The notes beneath the pieces are model-generated. The model searched no databases, was not told the origin of the DNA, and saw nothing but the letters and a program-made list of their open reading frames with translations. Below, piece by piece: positions 8,887 to 18,386 of a stretch of DNA of 64,000 bases. Numbering within the stretch: position 1 is the stretch's first letter; each line of letters starts with the position of its first letter. This DNA is from a virus, in IMG/VR virus record IMGVR_UViG_3300020215_000052, positions 753 through 64,752 of that record; one strand, 5' to 3'. Position numbers and translations under genes: made by a program.

Positions 8887-8942
8887 TCTATATAGGCCAT
8901 GAGCGGACGGCACGGAGCCGCCGACGAACTGAAGGAACCAAG

Positions 8943-9167
8943 ATGACCACCGACATCAAGAGCGCCCTCGGATCCCTGGTCGCCAAGCTCAACAACATCA
9001 ACGCCACCGTGGACTACCTGAAGTCCCGCGCGATGATGGGGGACCTCAGGACCACGGAGGCCCACGCAAGCAGCCTGGCCGACATGGTGCGCCAGGCTGC
9101 TGAATTGGCCGACCAGATGGCCGGCCTGGCCGGCGGGGCGCGGCGAGAAACAAAACGCGCAGCCTGA
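8943..9167 (+). CDS. hypothetical helical protein
   Basis: AAGGA RBS and ORF. Confidence 0.65.
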   Translation: MTTDIKSALGSLVAKLNNINATVDYLKSRAMMGDLRTTEAHASSLADMVRQAAELADQMAGLAGGARRETKRAA

Positions 9168-9241
9168 GGCTGGCGGTCCCTTCGCTCCACTCCGAACGGG
9201 GAGCCCGTCCTTACTACGAGCTGTTTGATGAGAGGACGACC

Positions 9242-9541
9242 ATGATGCAGCTTCTTCGGTCAATCACCCAGGCTGACCGTGCCCTCGTCGTTGCCCATCT
9301 GGCAGCCCACGAGGCACTCCGGGAGCTCCGCCGGCTGGAGTTGGCCATCGCGGCCGACCCGCTGGCGGTGGAGCAGTACTACGCCGCCCTGGAGTCGTGG
9401 CGGGCCGAGGCCGGGTCGGTCCACAGGGCGGAGAAGGAGGCCTCCCGGCTCCGGGAGGAACTCGCTGAAGCCCTCCGTGAGTCCCGGTACTACCGGGCCG
9501 AGGCCTGGACGGATTTCGCGTTCTCCGCGGAGGCAGCATGA
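9242..9541 (+). CDS. hypothetical protein
   Basis: RBS; coupled to next gene. Confidence 0.6.
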   Translation: MMQLLRSITQADRALVVAHLAAHEALRELRRLELAIAADPLAVEQYYAALESWRAEAGSVHRAEKEASRLREELAEALRESRYYRAEAWTDFAFSAEAA

Positions 9542-9852
9542 CCAGGGCATGGACCCTCTCCGAGGTGGAGGCACTCCAAGGTCACGAGATGGTCCATCGC
9601 ATAGGCCTCTCGGAGGCCATGCAGTTGGAGTTGATTCGCCTGGTCGAGGTCGGCTACCGCCACCAGCCTCGGTATGGCGTCCTCCGCCTGACCCAGGCGG
9701 CCCTCCAGAAGCGGGGCCTCGCCGTCTGGGAGGACGGGGTGTGGCGGCCCACCGACGTGGGGCACGCTGTCGCCGCCAGGATGCCGGATCCGCGGGTCCC
9801 GCGCTGGAGCGGGGCCGGGAGGACACCGAAGATCGACCCCTTTGAGGGGTAG
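9538..9852 (+). CDS. hypothetical protein (possible winged helix)
   Basis: ORF; AALQKRGLAVWEDGVWRPTDVG. Confidence 0.55.
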   Translation: MTRAWTLSEVEALQGHEMVHRIGLSEAMQLELIRLVEVGYRHQPRYGVLRLTQAALQKRGLAVWEDGVWRPTDVGHAVAARMPDPRVPRWSGAGRTPKIDPFEG

Positions 9853-9930
9853 GGATCCTCAGCCAGAAACGGCCCCCCGGTCCGGCATAGGAGACCGGAG
9901 GGTCCTGGAGCATGGTTCGACCCGGCGCCA

Positions 9931-9960
9931 GAAGGCCGGGGGGCCGTTTCGGGTTGAGGG
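9931..9960 (+). repeat. 30-bp direct repeat, copy 1 (copy 2 at 10878-10907); partly inverted copy at 9851-9880
   Basis: GAAGGCCGGGGGGCCGTTTCGGGTTGAGGG identical at both sites. Confidence 0.9.
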
Positions 9961-10094
9961 TGCCTCGCTCGCACAGCGCCTGGGCCTGGCCGCCTGAACA
10001 CCACGCCGAGTCCATCAGGGCCCGGCCCTATCCTCCGCCCCATGGCGATGACGTCGTGGGGCGAGGGATGGGACCCAGACAGATGGAGGTGGAC

Positions 10095-10724
10095 ATGGAC
10101 GCGATCAACCTGGCGGCAGCGATGGCGGCGCACAAGGAGTGGCTGGAGAGCGGTGGGGATCGGGGCCAACGCGCCGACCTCAGCGGCGCCGTCCTCAGCG
10201 GCGCCGACCTCAGCGGCGCCGACCTCAGCGGCGCCGACCTCAGCGGCGCCGTCCTCAGCGGCGCCGACCTCAGCGGCGCCGACCTCAGCGGCGCCGACCT
10301 CAGCGGCGCCGACCTCAGCGGCGCCGACCTCAGCGGCGCCGACCTCAGCGGCGCCGACCTCAGCGGCGCCGACCTCAGTCCGATCCGGGCCGATCTCCGA
10401 TCTGTGCTGGACGTCGTTCCGTTGGAGGTGCCGGCACTGCGGGCGGCTATTGTCGAGGGGCGTGTCGACGGCTCGGTCTATCAGGGCTCGTGTGCGTGCC
10501 TCGTGGGCACGATCGCCAACGCCAGGGGCTGCGACTTCGGGAGCATCCCGGGCCTGGTGCCGTCCGCCCATCGGCCCGCCGAGCGCTGGTTCCTGGCTAT
10601 CCGCCCCGGCGACACCCCGGAGCGGAGCCAGATCGCCGCGATCACGCTCCAGTGGGTCGACGAGTGGCTCGCGGAGCATTCAGCCCCGGCCGAGCCCTCC
10701 GCCCAGACTGAGTCCCAGACCTGA
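10095..10724 (+). CDS. pentapeptide-repeat protein
   Basis: 14 A(D/V)LSG-type repeats encoded by near-identical 15-bp units (10173-10382), with folded N- and C-terminal domains. Confidence 0.9.
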   Translation: MDAINLAAAMAAHKEWLESGGDRGQRADLSGAVLSGADLSGADLSGADLSGAVLSGADLSGADLSGADLSGADLSGADLSGADLSGADLSGADLSPIRADLRSVLDVVPLEVPALRAAIVEGRVDGSVYQGSCACLVGTIANARGCDFGSIPGLVPSAHRPAERWFLAIRPGDTPERSQIAAITLQWVDEWLAEHSAPAEPSAQTESQT

Positions 10725-10820
10725 GACCACCCCCGGCGGGCCCAACCCCGGAGCCCGCCCTCTGTCCCCTCCCCGCCGCCGAGGTGGTCGGGAGCGGAGA
10801 GAGTCACCGGAGGATCACTG

Positions 10821-10904
10821 ATGGACTTCCAGCCCCACTACCTCGCCTACGCCCGTGGCCAGGGTCGCACCCCCGAGGAAGGCCGGGGGGCCGTTTCGGG
10901 TTGA
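10821..10904 (+). pseudogene. short gene apparently cut off by the 30-bp repeat
   Basis: GGAGG RBS, then MDFQPHYLAYARGQGRTPEE runs directly into repeat copy 2 and stops. Confidence 0.4.
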
Positions 10905-10999
10905 GGGGCCTCGGATCCCTGATCACATCGCTTCACGAGGCTCCCAGGCTTCCCGCCTGCCGGGGCAAGCCTCCAACGCAGGGCGGGAGGGAGTTCCCC

Positions 11000-11404
11000 A
11001 TGATCAACCTCACCGCCAACACCGTAACCGTCCGCCTGCCCGACGGCGGAGCGATCACGTTCCCGCCATCAGGAAGGGTTCTCACCCTGGAGGAGATCTC
11101 CGGGGAGCCCACCACGGTGGAGACGCCCCTGGGGGTCGTGCCCGTGGTTCCGCTGCGGGGCTACGGGAGGCTCGTGGGGGAGATCCCGGACCCGGATGCC
11201 ACCGTGTTGGTGGTGGCCTTCCCGCCCCTCATCACCGCTCTGCGTGCGGCCGGACACCGGGGGCGGATCTTCGCCCCCGGCCTGGCAAAAAGGGGGGCCG
11301 ATGGGTCCATGTTCGTGGAGGCACTCCGGGAGCACGACCCGGAGGGGACGCTCTCGGCCCAGGAGGCGGAACTGCGCCGCCTCATGGCCAACGCCATCTG
11401 CTGA
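11000..11404 (+). CDS. hypothetical phage protein
   Basis: MINLTANTVTV...ITFPPSG; RBS. Confidence 0.65.
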   Translation: MINLTANTVTVRLPDGGAITFPPSGRVLTLEEISGEPTTVETPLGVVPVVPLRGYGRLVGEIPDPDATVLVVAFPPLITALRAAGHRGRIFAPGLAKRGADGSMFVEALREHDPEGTLSAQEAELRRLMANAIC

Positions 11405-11530
11405 GCAGGAGACTGCCCGTCTCATCGAAGACGGGCAGTCTCCTTGGTTGGAGTCGCCAGCCTCCCGATGCTGGCCTGCGATGGGCCTTCCCGCCGGCCC
11501 ACGCTTTTCTCAAGCGGGATGAGGTTGCCC

Positions 11531-12799
11531 ATGGCACGCACCGACTTCGAGTCCCTCGTGGCCCTCCGTTCTCGGCTTCCGGCTGGTCCATCGTCCCCCG
11601 CACCTTCGTCCGCTGCCCCAAGCGCGCCGGAGAAACTCCCCTGGGATCCCAGCTTCCCAGGCCGCAGCCCTGCCAGTACCAGGGAGCAGGAGGAAAAGGA
11701 GCGGCATATTGGCCGGCTCCGTGATGTTACCCAGGCCGTGGCCGAGTCCTACCAGGCTGGGATCGCGAACTGGGACCGCCTGCTTGAATGCGCATACGAG
11801 TTCGCTGGCGTCCCCCGTTATCCGGGGGTGGGCTACGACGCGGAACAGGTCCTTGAGGATGGGTACCGGCTTGCGGCAGGCCGGACCGTGAGGGGTTGGG
11901 AGAAGGGCCATGGGCCCTTGGGTGAGGCGCCACCTGCGGGCTGGGAGTCGCTATCGGTAGCGGTGCTCTTTCAGTACGTCCGGCGGCACGATGGGCGCGA
12001 GGAGGCCCGGCGCAGGGCCGGGGCTTCGGCCCAGGATGCCGTCATCATCTCAGGGACCTGCCTCAGGTGGGGGACACCAGAGGTGGTCGCCCTCACTGGG
12101 AGCGGCGACGTGGTGACCGTGGAGACCTCCAGTCTCTCCGTCTCTGAGGAACGGCTCAAGGAGGGGGTGCTGGTCTCTCTTCCGCCCTTCCCCTCGCCCG
12201 GGGGGTGGTGGGAGGCGGCTCCCCACGACGACAAGTCCTACCGGGCTCTCCGCCTGGTCCAGGAGGCCCCGCGGGGCCTCCTGGACGTAACCGACGCCCT
12301 CCCTCTATGGGGGAGGCACGAGAAGGAGGGCTGGGGCAGGTTCCTGCTCACGGCCTATCGCGGCCATACGGCCGTGGGGGCCGACGAGGCGCTTTGGCCT
12401 CTTCTGGACGCTCTTTCCAGGCTCCAGCGGGAGGGGATCCTGCCAGAGGGGGCTGGCTGGATCCGGGGATCTGCCCGGATCACCAGCAACGGTAAGCTCC
12501 ACATCTCTAGCCACCCGGCATCCTCCCCGGTGGTCCTTGTCCATGTAGGGGGCCACGAGTCCAGCCGAGGCAGGTGGGGCCGGTCCGGCTACTGCCCCAC
12601 CGTCAAGCAAGGGTGTTCGGCGGCCAGGGCCGAGGTCTTCTCTTCATCACGGGGTGGAGGGCAGGCGGGCGCTGCGGTTCTGGCAGCCGTTTCTGAGGGA
12701 CGACCGCTCCTTCTCACAGACGGGGTTGGGTACGCTCTCCGGGGGAGAACCGTGGAGAGGGTTCCGGGACTGGCGGCAGGGACCCCGATTCCGGGTTGA
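11531..12799 (+). CDS. hypothetical protein
   Basis: long ORF with GAGG RBS. Confidence 0.6.
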   Translation: MARTDFESLVALRSRLPAGPSSPAPSSAAPSAPEKLPWDPSFPGRSPASTREQEEKERHIGRLRDVTQAVAESYQAGIANWDRLLECAYEFAGVPRYPGVGYDAEQVLEDGYRLAAGRTVRGWEKGHGPLGEAPPAGWESLSVAVLFQYVRRHDGREEARRRAGASAQDAVIISGTCLRWGTPEVVALTGSGDVVTVETSSLSVSEERLKEGVLVSLPPFPSPGGWWEAAPHDDKSYRALRLVQEAPRGLLDVTDALPLWGRHEKEGWGRFLLTAYRGHTAVGADEALWPLLDALSRLQREGILPEGAGWIRGSARITSNGKLHISSHPASSPVVLVHVGGHESSRGRWGRSGYCPTVKQGCSAARAEVFSSSRGGGQAGAAVLAAVSEGRPLLLTDGVGYALRGRTVERVPGLAAGTPIPG

Positions 12800-12925
12800 C
12801 CCCGGTGCCTCGCTCCTGCTCGCGGGCTTCACCGGCGAGCAGGCTCGGTTGCATCGGGGCGGGCCACGGTGGCGGGGCTGGATCGGTCATCGCATGCCCG
12901 GACGGGCCGGGCGGGGAGTGGGAGA

Positions 12926-13258
12926 ATGGACGGGTGGCACATCATTCTCAGTTGTGCAGTCTTGGTGCTGGTCCCAGCTGTGTCCTGGGTTGACGCCGAG
13001 CGTCACCGGCAGTTCAGGCGTGCTGCCGATCTGGAGGACACGCTCCGCTGTAGCCGGGGGCAGGTTGCCCAGGCTGAGCAGAGGGCATCCCGTCTGCGGG
13101 ATGGCCTCCAGGAGGCGAAGGCCCGTATCAGGGACCAGTCTCGGGTCCTCGAGGACCAGCGCGCGCAGATCGATCGGCTGAGCGCCATCGCCGAGAACTA
13201 CCGCCTCTCCTCTGAGGAGGAGGGCGAGGTGGAACTTGACGGCCCGGAGGCCGCATGA
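12926..13258 (+). CDS. membrane-anchored coiled-coil protein
   Basis: N-terminal hydrophobic helix followed by heptads. Confidence 0.6.
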   Translation: MDGWHIILSCAVLVLVPAVSWVDAERHRQFRRAADLEDTLRCSRGQVAQAEQRASRLRDGLQEAKARIRDQSRVLEDQRAQIDRLSAIAENYRLSSEEEGEVELDGPEAA

Positions 13259-13437
13259 GCACCCCCGTCAATCTCAGGCACTGCCAGGCCTGCGGGACGA
13301 CCGTGGCCCCCAGGTACTGGCGGGTCCACGTAGCCTCACCGACCCACGCGGCTCGGGAGGCGGCACTCCGCGCCGAACAGGCCGCGCTCCGGGATCTCAG
13401 CGCGCGGCTCCGCGCCCGGAAGCGGGAGCGCTCGTGA
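13255..13437 (+). CDS. small Zn-finger-like protein
   Basis: CQAC...H...H; coupled start. Confidence 0.5.
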   Translation: MSTPVNLRHCQACGTTVAPRYWRVHVASPTHAAREAALRAEQAALRDLSARLRARKRERS

Positions 13438-13823
13438 GCAACTTCCGAGACGACTCCCAGCGCTGGCTGGAGCGCAGGGAGTTCGTGGAGGCCGAGGCCC
13501 GCCAGGAGGCCGAGTGGTTGGCCAGGGAGAGAGACCGCTGGCTCTCCCTGGCCAGCGCTGATCCCGATGCCGCCGACTACTGGCGGGGGCAGGCATCGGC
13601 ACTGGAGTGGGACGCGGCCCACCACGGGATTGAGTTGAGGCCGCCCCTCCCGGTACCGGCTGTGGAGCCGGTCCGGGAGCGGGCCCGGAGCCCGTTTATC
13701 CGGCGCACGCGTCTGCCCCCGATGCCGGGGGAGGACGAGGAACTTACGTGGCCGCTCCGGATGGACGGAGCGGCTGGACGAGCGAGCACAGCGGCCGTGA
13801 GGCCGCGTGAAGGAGCAGCAGAC

Positions 13824-14795
13824 ATGAGCAGCACGGCGATCACGTTGGCCCCCAGTGCGGGGGATCTGGTCCCGATGGCGGACCTGGAGCGGATGGCGGA
13901 GGCGGTCGTCAAGTCCGGGTTCTTCGCCACGAAGACGAAGGAGCAGGCCGTCACGCTGATGCTCCTCTGCCAGGCCGAGGGCCTCCATCCGGTCCAGGCC
14001 ATGAAGCGGTACCACATCATCCAGGGCCGCCCCTCCATGAGGGCGGACGCGATGCTGGCCGAGTTCCAGCGACAGGGCGGCAAGGTCGAGTGGCTGGAGC
14101 GCTCGGACGCCAAGGTCTCGGCCCGGTTCAGCCACGAGGCCGGCGGCTCCGTGACCGTGACGTGGGACCTCCAGCAGGCCCACCGCGCCCAGCTCACCAC
14201 GGACATGTGGAAGAAGTACCCGCGCCAGATGTTGACCGCCCGAGTAGTCTCTGAGGGGGTCAGAACCGTCCTCCCGGGCGTCGTCGCCGGCATCTACACC
14301 CCGGAGGAGGTGGAGGACTTTATCCCTCCCCAGCGGACCGGCCGCGCGGTCAGCGACCTCACGCCGGCCACCGAGACACCAGCCGTCGTGGTTGACGTTC
14401 CCACGCCCGCCCAGGCCGAGTTCGACAAGCCCAGGGTGCCGCCCCACGTCGGCCGCCTTGGAGCCCTCGCCCGCCAGCACTGCTGGACCCGCGAGCAGGG
14501 CAGGGAGTTCCTCGGCTCCCTCGGGTTCGCCAGGCTGGATGATGTGCCCGCCGAGCGCGAGATCGAGATCGCCGATGTCATCCGGCGCGGGTACCACGCG
14601 TGGGCCGACGCCCGCTACCTGGAGCAGCACCCCCCCACGGAGGAGGAGCAGGACTGGCTCACAATCGCCCGCGAGGCCGGGTGGGCAGATGCCGCCGCCC
14701 TCCGCCGCATCCGCGCGTGGACGGGCAACCCGGATGGACTGGCCCTGGTGCTGGAGGGCAGCCCGGAGACCAGCGAGCCCAAGCCCGCAGCCTGA
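13824..14795 (+). CDS. RecT-like single-strand annealing (recombination) protein
   Basis: HIIQGRPSMRADAM...WKKYPRQMLTARVVSEGVRTVLPGVVAGIYTPEEV; AAGGAG RBS. The ORF is open upstream to about 13434. Confidence 0.7.
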   Translation: MSSTAITLAPSAGDLVPMADLERMAEAVVKSGFFATKTKEQAVTLMLLCQAEGLHPVQAMKRYHIIQGRPSMRADAMLAEFQRQGGKVEWLERSDAKVSARFSHEAGGSVTVTWDLQQAHRAQLTTDMWKKYPRQMLTARVVSEGVRTVLPGVVAGIYTPEEVEDFIPPQRTGRAVSDLTPATETPAVVVDVPTPAQAEFDKPRVPPHVGRLGALARQHCWTREQGREFLGSLGFARLDDVPAEREIEIADVIRRGYHAWADARYLEQHPPTEEEQDWLTIAREAGWADAAALRRIRAWTGNPDGLALVLEGSPETSEPKPAA

Positions 14796-14879
14796 GCCGC
14801 CTCCCCTGCCCCTGCCCCCGGGACAGCTCGGGGGCGGGATGGAGGGGAGGATCGGGTAACCAGTGATGGAGGCAACACA

Positions 14880-15122
14880 ATGGCCCGCCGAGATGTTCGC
14901 CAGCACGAATTCCTGTTCGAGGTAGAGGGTCCTGCTCCGTTCCCTATCGACATGCTCCGCTACGATCAATGTTTCCCGGCATCGGAGACCGACTCTGCAC
15001 GGATCGAGCAGTCCTTCACGGACTCCCAGGACCGCCCCCTCAGGGTACTGCTCCGCGGTGGGCATCCCAATGCGGAGAGATGGGGGTCGTTCCTCTGGCG
15101 GGTTGTCGAGGTGCGGTATTGA
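14880..15122 (+). CDS. hypothetical protein
   Basis: GGAGG RBS; FPIDMLRYDQCFP. Confidence 0.65.
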   Translation: MARRDVRQHEFLFEVEGPAPFPIDMLRYDQCFPASETDSARIEQSFTDSQDRPLRVLLRGGHPNAERWGSFLWRVVEVRY

Positions 15123-15125
15123 TGC

Positions 15126-15551
15126 GTGGTGCTGGCTGCCCTGCGGGGCGGAGGTTACCTGTACATGTGCCATCCGACAGCTTTCGATGTGCTCGTACTG
15201 GTGCAGTCGGCGCTCGACAACCTCTTTGCGGGCCGAGGACGCCGGGCTGCGCTTAGGCACCTGTCTGACCTCAGGAAGATGGTGAGGACTTCCCTCCCGA
15301 TCCTGCACTATCAGGATCCAGATGCGCTACTGCCAACGGGAGAGATGCTTAACTTCCGCCTCTGGATCCAGTGCCCACGCTGCGCCCACGTCCACCGTAG
15401 CTTCGGCCGCGACATCGGCCACTACGGGGGTGAGGTTACAGAGATGCAATGCGATGGGTGCTCCTTCCCCTTCAGGCGTGCGGTCGCGTACGGAATACGA
15501 ACAACCGTACGCAGGCCCATTGATTGGCGTGCCAGCAATGTCATAAGCTAA
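15126..15551 (+). CDS. hypothetical Zn-ribbon protein
   Basis: CPRC...CDGC. Confidence 0.45.
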   Translation: MVLAALRGGGYLYMCHPTAFDVLVLVQSALDNLFAGRGRRAALRHLSDLRKMVRTSLPILHYQDPDALLPTGEMLNFRLWIQCPRCAHVHRSFGRDIGHYGGEVTEMQCDGCSFPFRRAVAYGIRTTVRRPIDWRASNVIS

Positions 15552-15636
15552 TTGCGTATGACACAAGGATTGGGGTGGACTTCGCTTGCTAACATGTTGT
15601 AGGATCGTGGTTACTTCACAACTTAGGGGGAGCCAC

Positions 15637-15846
15637 ATGGGCAAGCACTACTTGCTTGGGGTGCGCACGAAGCGTTGGGCCTTTGAGGTGGCCGAGGAGG
15701 CCAGGGCTGCCACCGGGGCACGGTCGGTTGGGGACCTCCTTCGGAGGGCGCTGGGCCTGCCGGATCCCGGTGCGGCCCCACCGTCTCCGGCCCAGAGGGC
15801 AGAGCTCAGGGAGCGGCTGATCGCGGCCGCTCGACGGGCAGGTTGA
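15637..15846 (+). CDS. small DNA-binding-like protein (RHH/CopG-like)
   Basis: RBS; SVGDLLRRAL helix. Confidence 0.45.
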   Translation: MGKHYLLGVRTKRWAFEVAEEARAATGARSVGDLLRRALGLPDPGAAPPSPAQRAELRERLIAAARRAG

Positions 15847-17549
15847 TGGGTAGCCAGGAGAGGCCCACGACGGAGTGGGCCCGTACCCGGCGGCAGCGCC
15901 TGGTGGATCGCTACCACGCAGGTGGCTGGAGCACCCGCAACCCCTGCGACCCGGACCTGGCGGAGGCAATCCTCCTGGCTATGCTCTCGGACCTGAGGGA
16001 GCGCCGACGCCTGGCAGGGCTGACCGCCAAGGCGATAGCCCAGCGGTTCGGGCTGAGCCGGCCGCTGGCGGGTCAGGTGCTGGAGGCGGCCTGCTCGGCC
16101 CAACTAGAGTGGGAGGAGTGCCCGGTGGCGGCTGGGATCCTCGCTGCCTACCGGGAGGCCAGCTGGAAGGCGAGCCGACGCGAGCAGGCGAAGGCTTCCG
16201 AGCAGGCCAGCGAGCAGGCTTCCGAGCAGGGATGCGAGCAGGGAACCGGCAGGGAAGCGAGCAGGGAAAACGCTTGCGAGACCGGCACATCGACGCACAA
16301 GCGAGCACGGAACCGGCAGGCTTCCGAGCAGGGATGCGAGCAGGGAACCGGCAGGGAAGCGAGCACTATCGCGTGCGCGCGTCGAGATCCGGATCGATCC
16401 TTGAGCCTAGAGCCTGGAGCACACTCCGACGCGGGCGCGTGCGAGGCATCCGGTTGGCCAGAAGAGCAGGAGCGCACCACCATCACGCCGGCTGCAGACG
16501 AGAACACTCAGCCCCAGGTGCCCAAGGGAAGTTCGACTGATTCCCAGGTGCGTGCCGATTCCAATGGGCGCAACCTGGCGAACGCCCAACAAATCCTTGG
16601 TGCCAACGGGCAACAGGCGAATTATGGGCCCTTTTCCCCTTCGGTATCCAGAAGGATAGCCACCGCAGAGCCTCTCGGCCAGTCCTCTGCCCCAGATGCC
16701 CAGAACGTTGCCGAGGTATCACAGCTAGGGGCGATGGCGGTACACAGCGGCTTTCCCATCACGGAAACCGCTGCCACAGATGGCAACTCTCCGTCGCTGC
16801 TAAATGCGGGTGGCGGACATCTCCAGGCGTCCAAAGAGTCCGCTGAGGGCGCCCCTGGTGCGGGGTCGCCCCCGTCGAGTCCCGGGCCTTCAAGCGGTAC
16901 ATCACAGAGCGGCCCCCATCCCCGCATTTCCGCACGACTTGGGATCTCCCAGGATGTCCTCAGACCGAGGCTTGGAGCCGGCGGTAGGAATCTCACGGGC
17001 CTCAGCGCGCCGTCCGACCAAGCGCCAAAGCCTCAACCAGGGTGGGCACTTCGCCTGGCCTGGAACAACCAGTGCCGTGTCCACGGAGGCCTCCGGCTCA
17101 CGGACGAGGTGATGATTCCGCCCGAGGTTCTAGCCGTCGAGGACAGGGCGGTGGCGTTGGTGCCGGTGTACTTCCGGCTGAACCGGTCCCGCGATCGACC
17201 CGGACTCCGGGTTATGCAAGGGCCAAGGTTCGAGGAGTACTGCAGGCGCTGGTTCTGGGAGGTGGACTCATGGGCGAGGCTCTCCGGCCCAGGCGCCATC
17301 GAGGGACCCGCCGGAAGTGAGCCAGCCTGCGGTCAGATCCCTGACCGAGAGGAGCGCCATGGACGAAATGCAGGAGATCGCAGAATACCAGCGACGCCTC
17401 GAGGCGGAGCGGGTGAGGCGGGGCCTCACACCGGAGGGCCGCCAGGGCACGGTGGCGACGCTGTCGCAGGTGATGCAGAGCGGGCAGCTGCCCTCAAGCG
17501 GGTCCGGCAAAGGGCAGCAGGTCGCGCGAACCCTCCCGGCCCTGGATAG
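15843..17549 (+). CDS. putative replication initiator (N-terminal HTH, internal repeats)
   Basis: GLTAKAIAQRFGLSRPLAGQVL HTH; lies directly upstream of DnaC-like and DnaB genes. Confidence 0.55.
   Translation: MMGSQERPTTEWARTRRQRLVDRYHAGGWSTRNPCDPDLAEAILLAMLSDLRERRRLAGLTAKAIAQRFGLSRPLAGQVLEAACSAQLEWEECPVAAGILAAYREASWKASRREQAKASEQASEQASEQGCEQGTGREASRENACETGTSTHKRARNRQASEQGCEQGTGREASTIACARRDPDRSLSLEPGAHSDAGACEASGWPEEQERTTITPAADENTQPQVPKGSSTDSQVRADSNGRNLANAQQILGANGQQANYGPFSPSVSRRIATAEPLGQSSAPDAQNVAEVSQLGAMAVHSGFPITETAATDGNSPSLLNAGGGHLQASKESAEGAPGAGSPPSSPGPSSGTSQSGPHPRISARLGISQDVLRPRLGAGGRNLTGLSAPSDQAPKPQPGWALRLAWNNQCRVHGGLRLTDEVMIPPEVLAVEDRAVALVPVYFRLNRSRDRPGLRVMQGPRFEEYCRRWFWEVDSWARLSGPGAIEGPAGSEPACGQIPDREERHGRNAGDRRIPATPRGGAGEAGPHTGGPPGHGGDAVAGDAERAAALKRVRQRAAGRANPPGPG
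16183..16366 (+). repeat. iteron-like repeats (GAGCAGG units; 47-bp duplication at 16217-16263 / 16319-16365)
   Basis: GGCTTCCGAGCAGGGATGCGAGCAGGGAACCGGCAGGGAAGCGAGCA occurs twice. Confidence 0.75.
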
Positions 17550-18321
17550 CCCTGAGTGGTCCGAGCCCCCGGAGGCGAGCGACTGTTCCCGGTGCGGGGC
17601 CGTCGGCCTTCCCTGGGTGAAGCGGCTCGTCCCGAGGGAGGTCAGTCCTAGCGGGTGGGTGTGGGCACCTGGCCCATGCCTTCTATGCACCCGTCGGGCC
17701 GAGGAAGAGGGGCGGGCCGCAGCCAAGGACCGGATAGACGCGAGCCTCCGGAGGTCTCTGGAGGCATCGGGCCTGCCACAGGCCGCATGGGACCTCAGCG
17801 TCCTGGAGTTGGCCGGGGTGGAGGCCTGGGAGGGCAACGCCCTTGCCGTCGAGGCGCTGGCCGAGTTGGGCCGTGGCTCTATCGTCCTCTGGGGGGAGCG
17901 GGGAAGGGGGAAAACCCACCTGGCGATGGCCCGCTGTGCTGACTTCGTGCGGGATGGGGTCGGGGTCCTGATGCTCGTCGAGCCCCAGTTCTTCCACCTG
18001 GCCCGCCTGTTCGAGGGCAGGAAGAGCTCCAGGGACATCGTGGCCGAGGCGACGGCCGTGGACGTCCTGCTCCTGGACAACCTGGGTGCCCTGGAGCGCA
18101 TGACCCCGTTCGCCCGGGACGCCATGGTTGAGGTGGTGCTGACGCGCCACCAGGAAGGGCGCACGACCATCCTGACGATGGTCGCAGCACCTTGGCACCA
18201 GGACGGATCCGGGGAGCCTTGGCTGGCCTGCCACTTTGGTGGGGACGTTCACGCCAGGGTCGATAGCTGGCCTGCCTACGAGATCACAGGCGCCGACCTC
18301 CGTCGGCGGGAGCGGCACTGA
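17359..18321 (+). CDS. DnaC/IstB-like ATPase (helicase loader)
   Basis: Walker A GERGRGKTHLA, Walker B VLLLDNLG, CxxC pairs; precedes dnaB. Confidence 0.8.
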   Translation: MDEMQEIAEYQRRLEAERVRRGLTPEGRQGTVATLSQVMQSGQLPSSGSGKGQQVARTLPALDSPEWSEPPEASDCSRCGAVGLPWVKRLVPREVSPSGWVWAPGPCLLCTRRAEEEGRAAAKDRIDASLRRSLEASGLPQAAWDLSVLELAGVEAWEGNALAVEALAELGRGSIVLWGERGRGKTHLAMARCADFVRDGVGVLMLVEPQFFHLARLFEGRKSSRDIVAEATAVDVLLLDNLGALERMTPFARDAMVEVVLTRHQEGRTTILTMVAAPWHQDGSGEPWLACHFGGDVHARVDSWPAYEITGADLRRRERH

Positions 18322-18386
18322 CGCTGGGTGCGAGTGGGTGGCCAGAATGCGGGGCCGGGGCGGACAAGGCGGAGCGGAGGCAGACA

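Noticed and set aside
9905-9930. GGTTCGACCCGGCGCCA resembling a tRNA T-loop plus CCA end
   Set aside because: no T-stem pairing, too few bases between loop and CCA, no D or anticodon arms
13236-13823. N-terminal extension making a 519-aa recombinase fusion
   Set aside because: a strong RBS precedes MSSTA at 13824; the upstream part looks like a separate gene with a lost stop
13128-15308. long antisense ORFs (726 aa here; also 24544-25635, 39253-40671, 21179-22795)
   Set aside because: shadow frames of GC-rich coding genes, with no motifs or RBS support
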